This document shows, one piece after another, positions 63,490 to 64,000 of a DNA stretch of 64,000 nt. The notes under the pieces are model-generated. The model made no database searches, was not told the DNA's origin, and saw nothing but the letters and a program-made list of their open reading frames with translations. The position numbers were made by a program, and so were the translations under genes. The DNA lies in assembly GCA_951406725.2 (NCBI GenBank), contig OX597829.1, positions 36,394,001 through 36,458,000 of the forward strand. Reading direction: 5' to 3'. The stretch comes from Octopus vulgaris. Lineage: Eukaryota. Numbering within the stretch: position 1 is the first letter of the stretch; the number at the start of each line of letters is the position of its first letter.

Positions 63490-63492
<3 letters not shown>
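63057..63492 (+). mobile_element. SINE family B with internal (GT)n; head disrupted
   Basis: GGTTCAGTCCCC.GCGTGGCACCTTGGACAAGT...GCTCCAGCATGGCCGCA.ACAAATGACTGAAAC; the first head bases GGGCGTGACTGTGTGG lie displaced at ~62887. Confidence 0.85.
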
Positions 63493-63582
<90 letters not shown>

Positions 63583-63767
63583 GAAAAAGACAAAGAGAGA
63601 GAGATGTGTGTGTGTGTGTGCGTGCGTGTGTGTGCGCGTGTGTGTTTTAGTTAGTTACCCGATAGTTAGAAACAGGCGCCTATGATCTATAAGCGTTTGG
63701 CGATCTTTCATGTTTACAATTATTGGTATCTATCTATCTATCTAGCTAGCTAGCTAGCTAGCTATCT

Positions 63768-63820
63768 AGGCGTGGCTGTGTGGTAAGTAGCTTGCTTACC
63801 AACCACATGGTTCCGGGTTA
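63768..63820 (+). mobile_element. SINE family B tRNA-head fragment
   Basis: AGGCGTGGCTGTGTGGTAAGTAGCTTGCTTACCAACCACATGGTTCCGGGTT, then truncated. Confidence 0.8.
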
Positions 63821-64000
63821 AGACCGCCCCCACCCCCCGTAACTTTGCTATTTCATGCTCAATAAAAAAAAAACTCTAACAACGAAATAGTAGAGCCAAC
63901 ATACGATGCTCGTATTTATATTTATGAAATAATCCTGTAAAATAATTCAAACTATTCAATAAATATATTTAAGTTTGCAAGTATAATCATCGCACATCTG

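Overview
AT-rich, microsatellite-saturated eukaryotic genomic DNA. The repeat families resemble those of an octopus (cephalopod) genome; this is an inference from repeat style, not a database result. Nearly all supplied ORFs are simple-repeat artefacts. Supported content: (1) one likely host terminal coding exon at 23814-24010, with a weak resemblance to the Phox2 C-terminus; (2) many copies of several tRNA-derived SINE families, some with clear target-site duplications; (3) a ~12 kb pile-up (48.5-60.8 kb) of decayed R4/Dong-clade non-LTR retrotransposons (RT + CCHC + restriction-like endonuclease) separated by (TAA)n/(TAG)n/(TGA)n tracts; (4) five copies of a discrete ~555-bp non-coding element that always sits in (TAA)n; (5) Penelope-like relics next to (TA)n carrying minimal hammerhead-ribozyme-like motifs; (6) relics of a mariner, a hAT and Helitrons; (7) local templated or inverted duplications. 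The best candidates for an undescribed system are the TAA-targeted 555-bp non-autonomous element with its putative R4/Dong partners, and an HDV-ribozyme-like core at the 5' end of one R4 copy. Coordinates of decayed elements are approximate and were read by eye.
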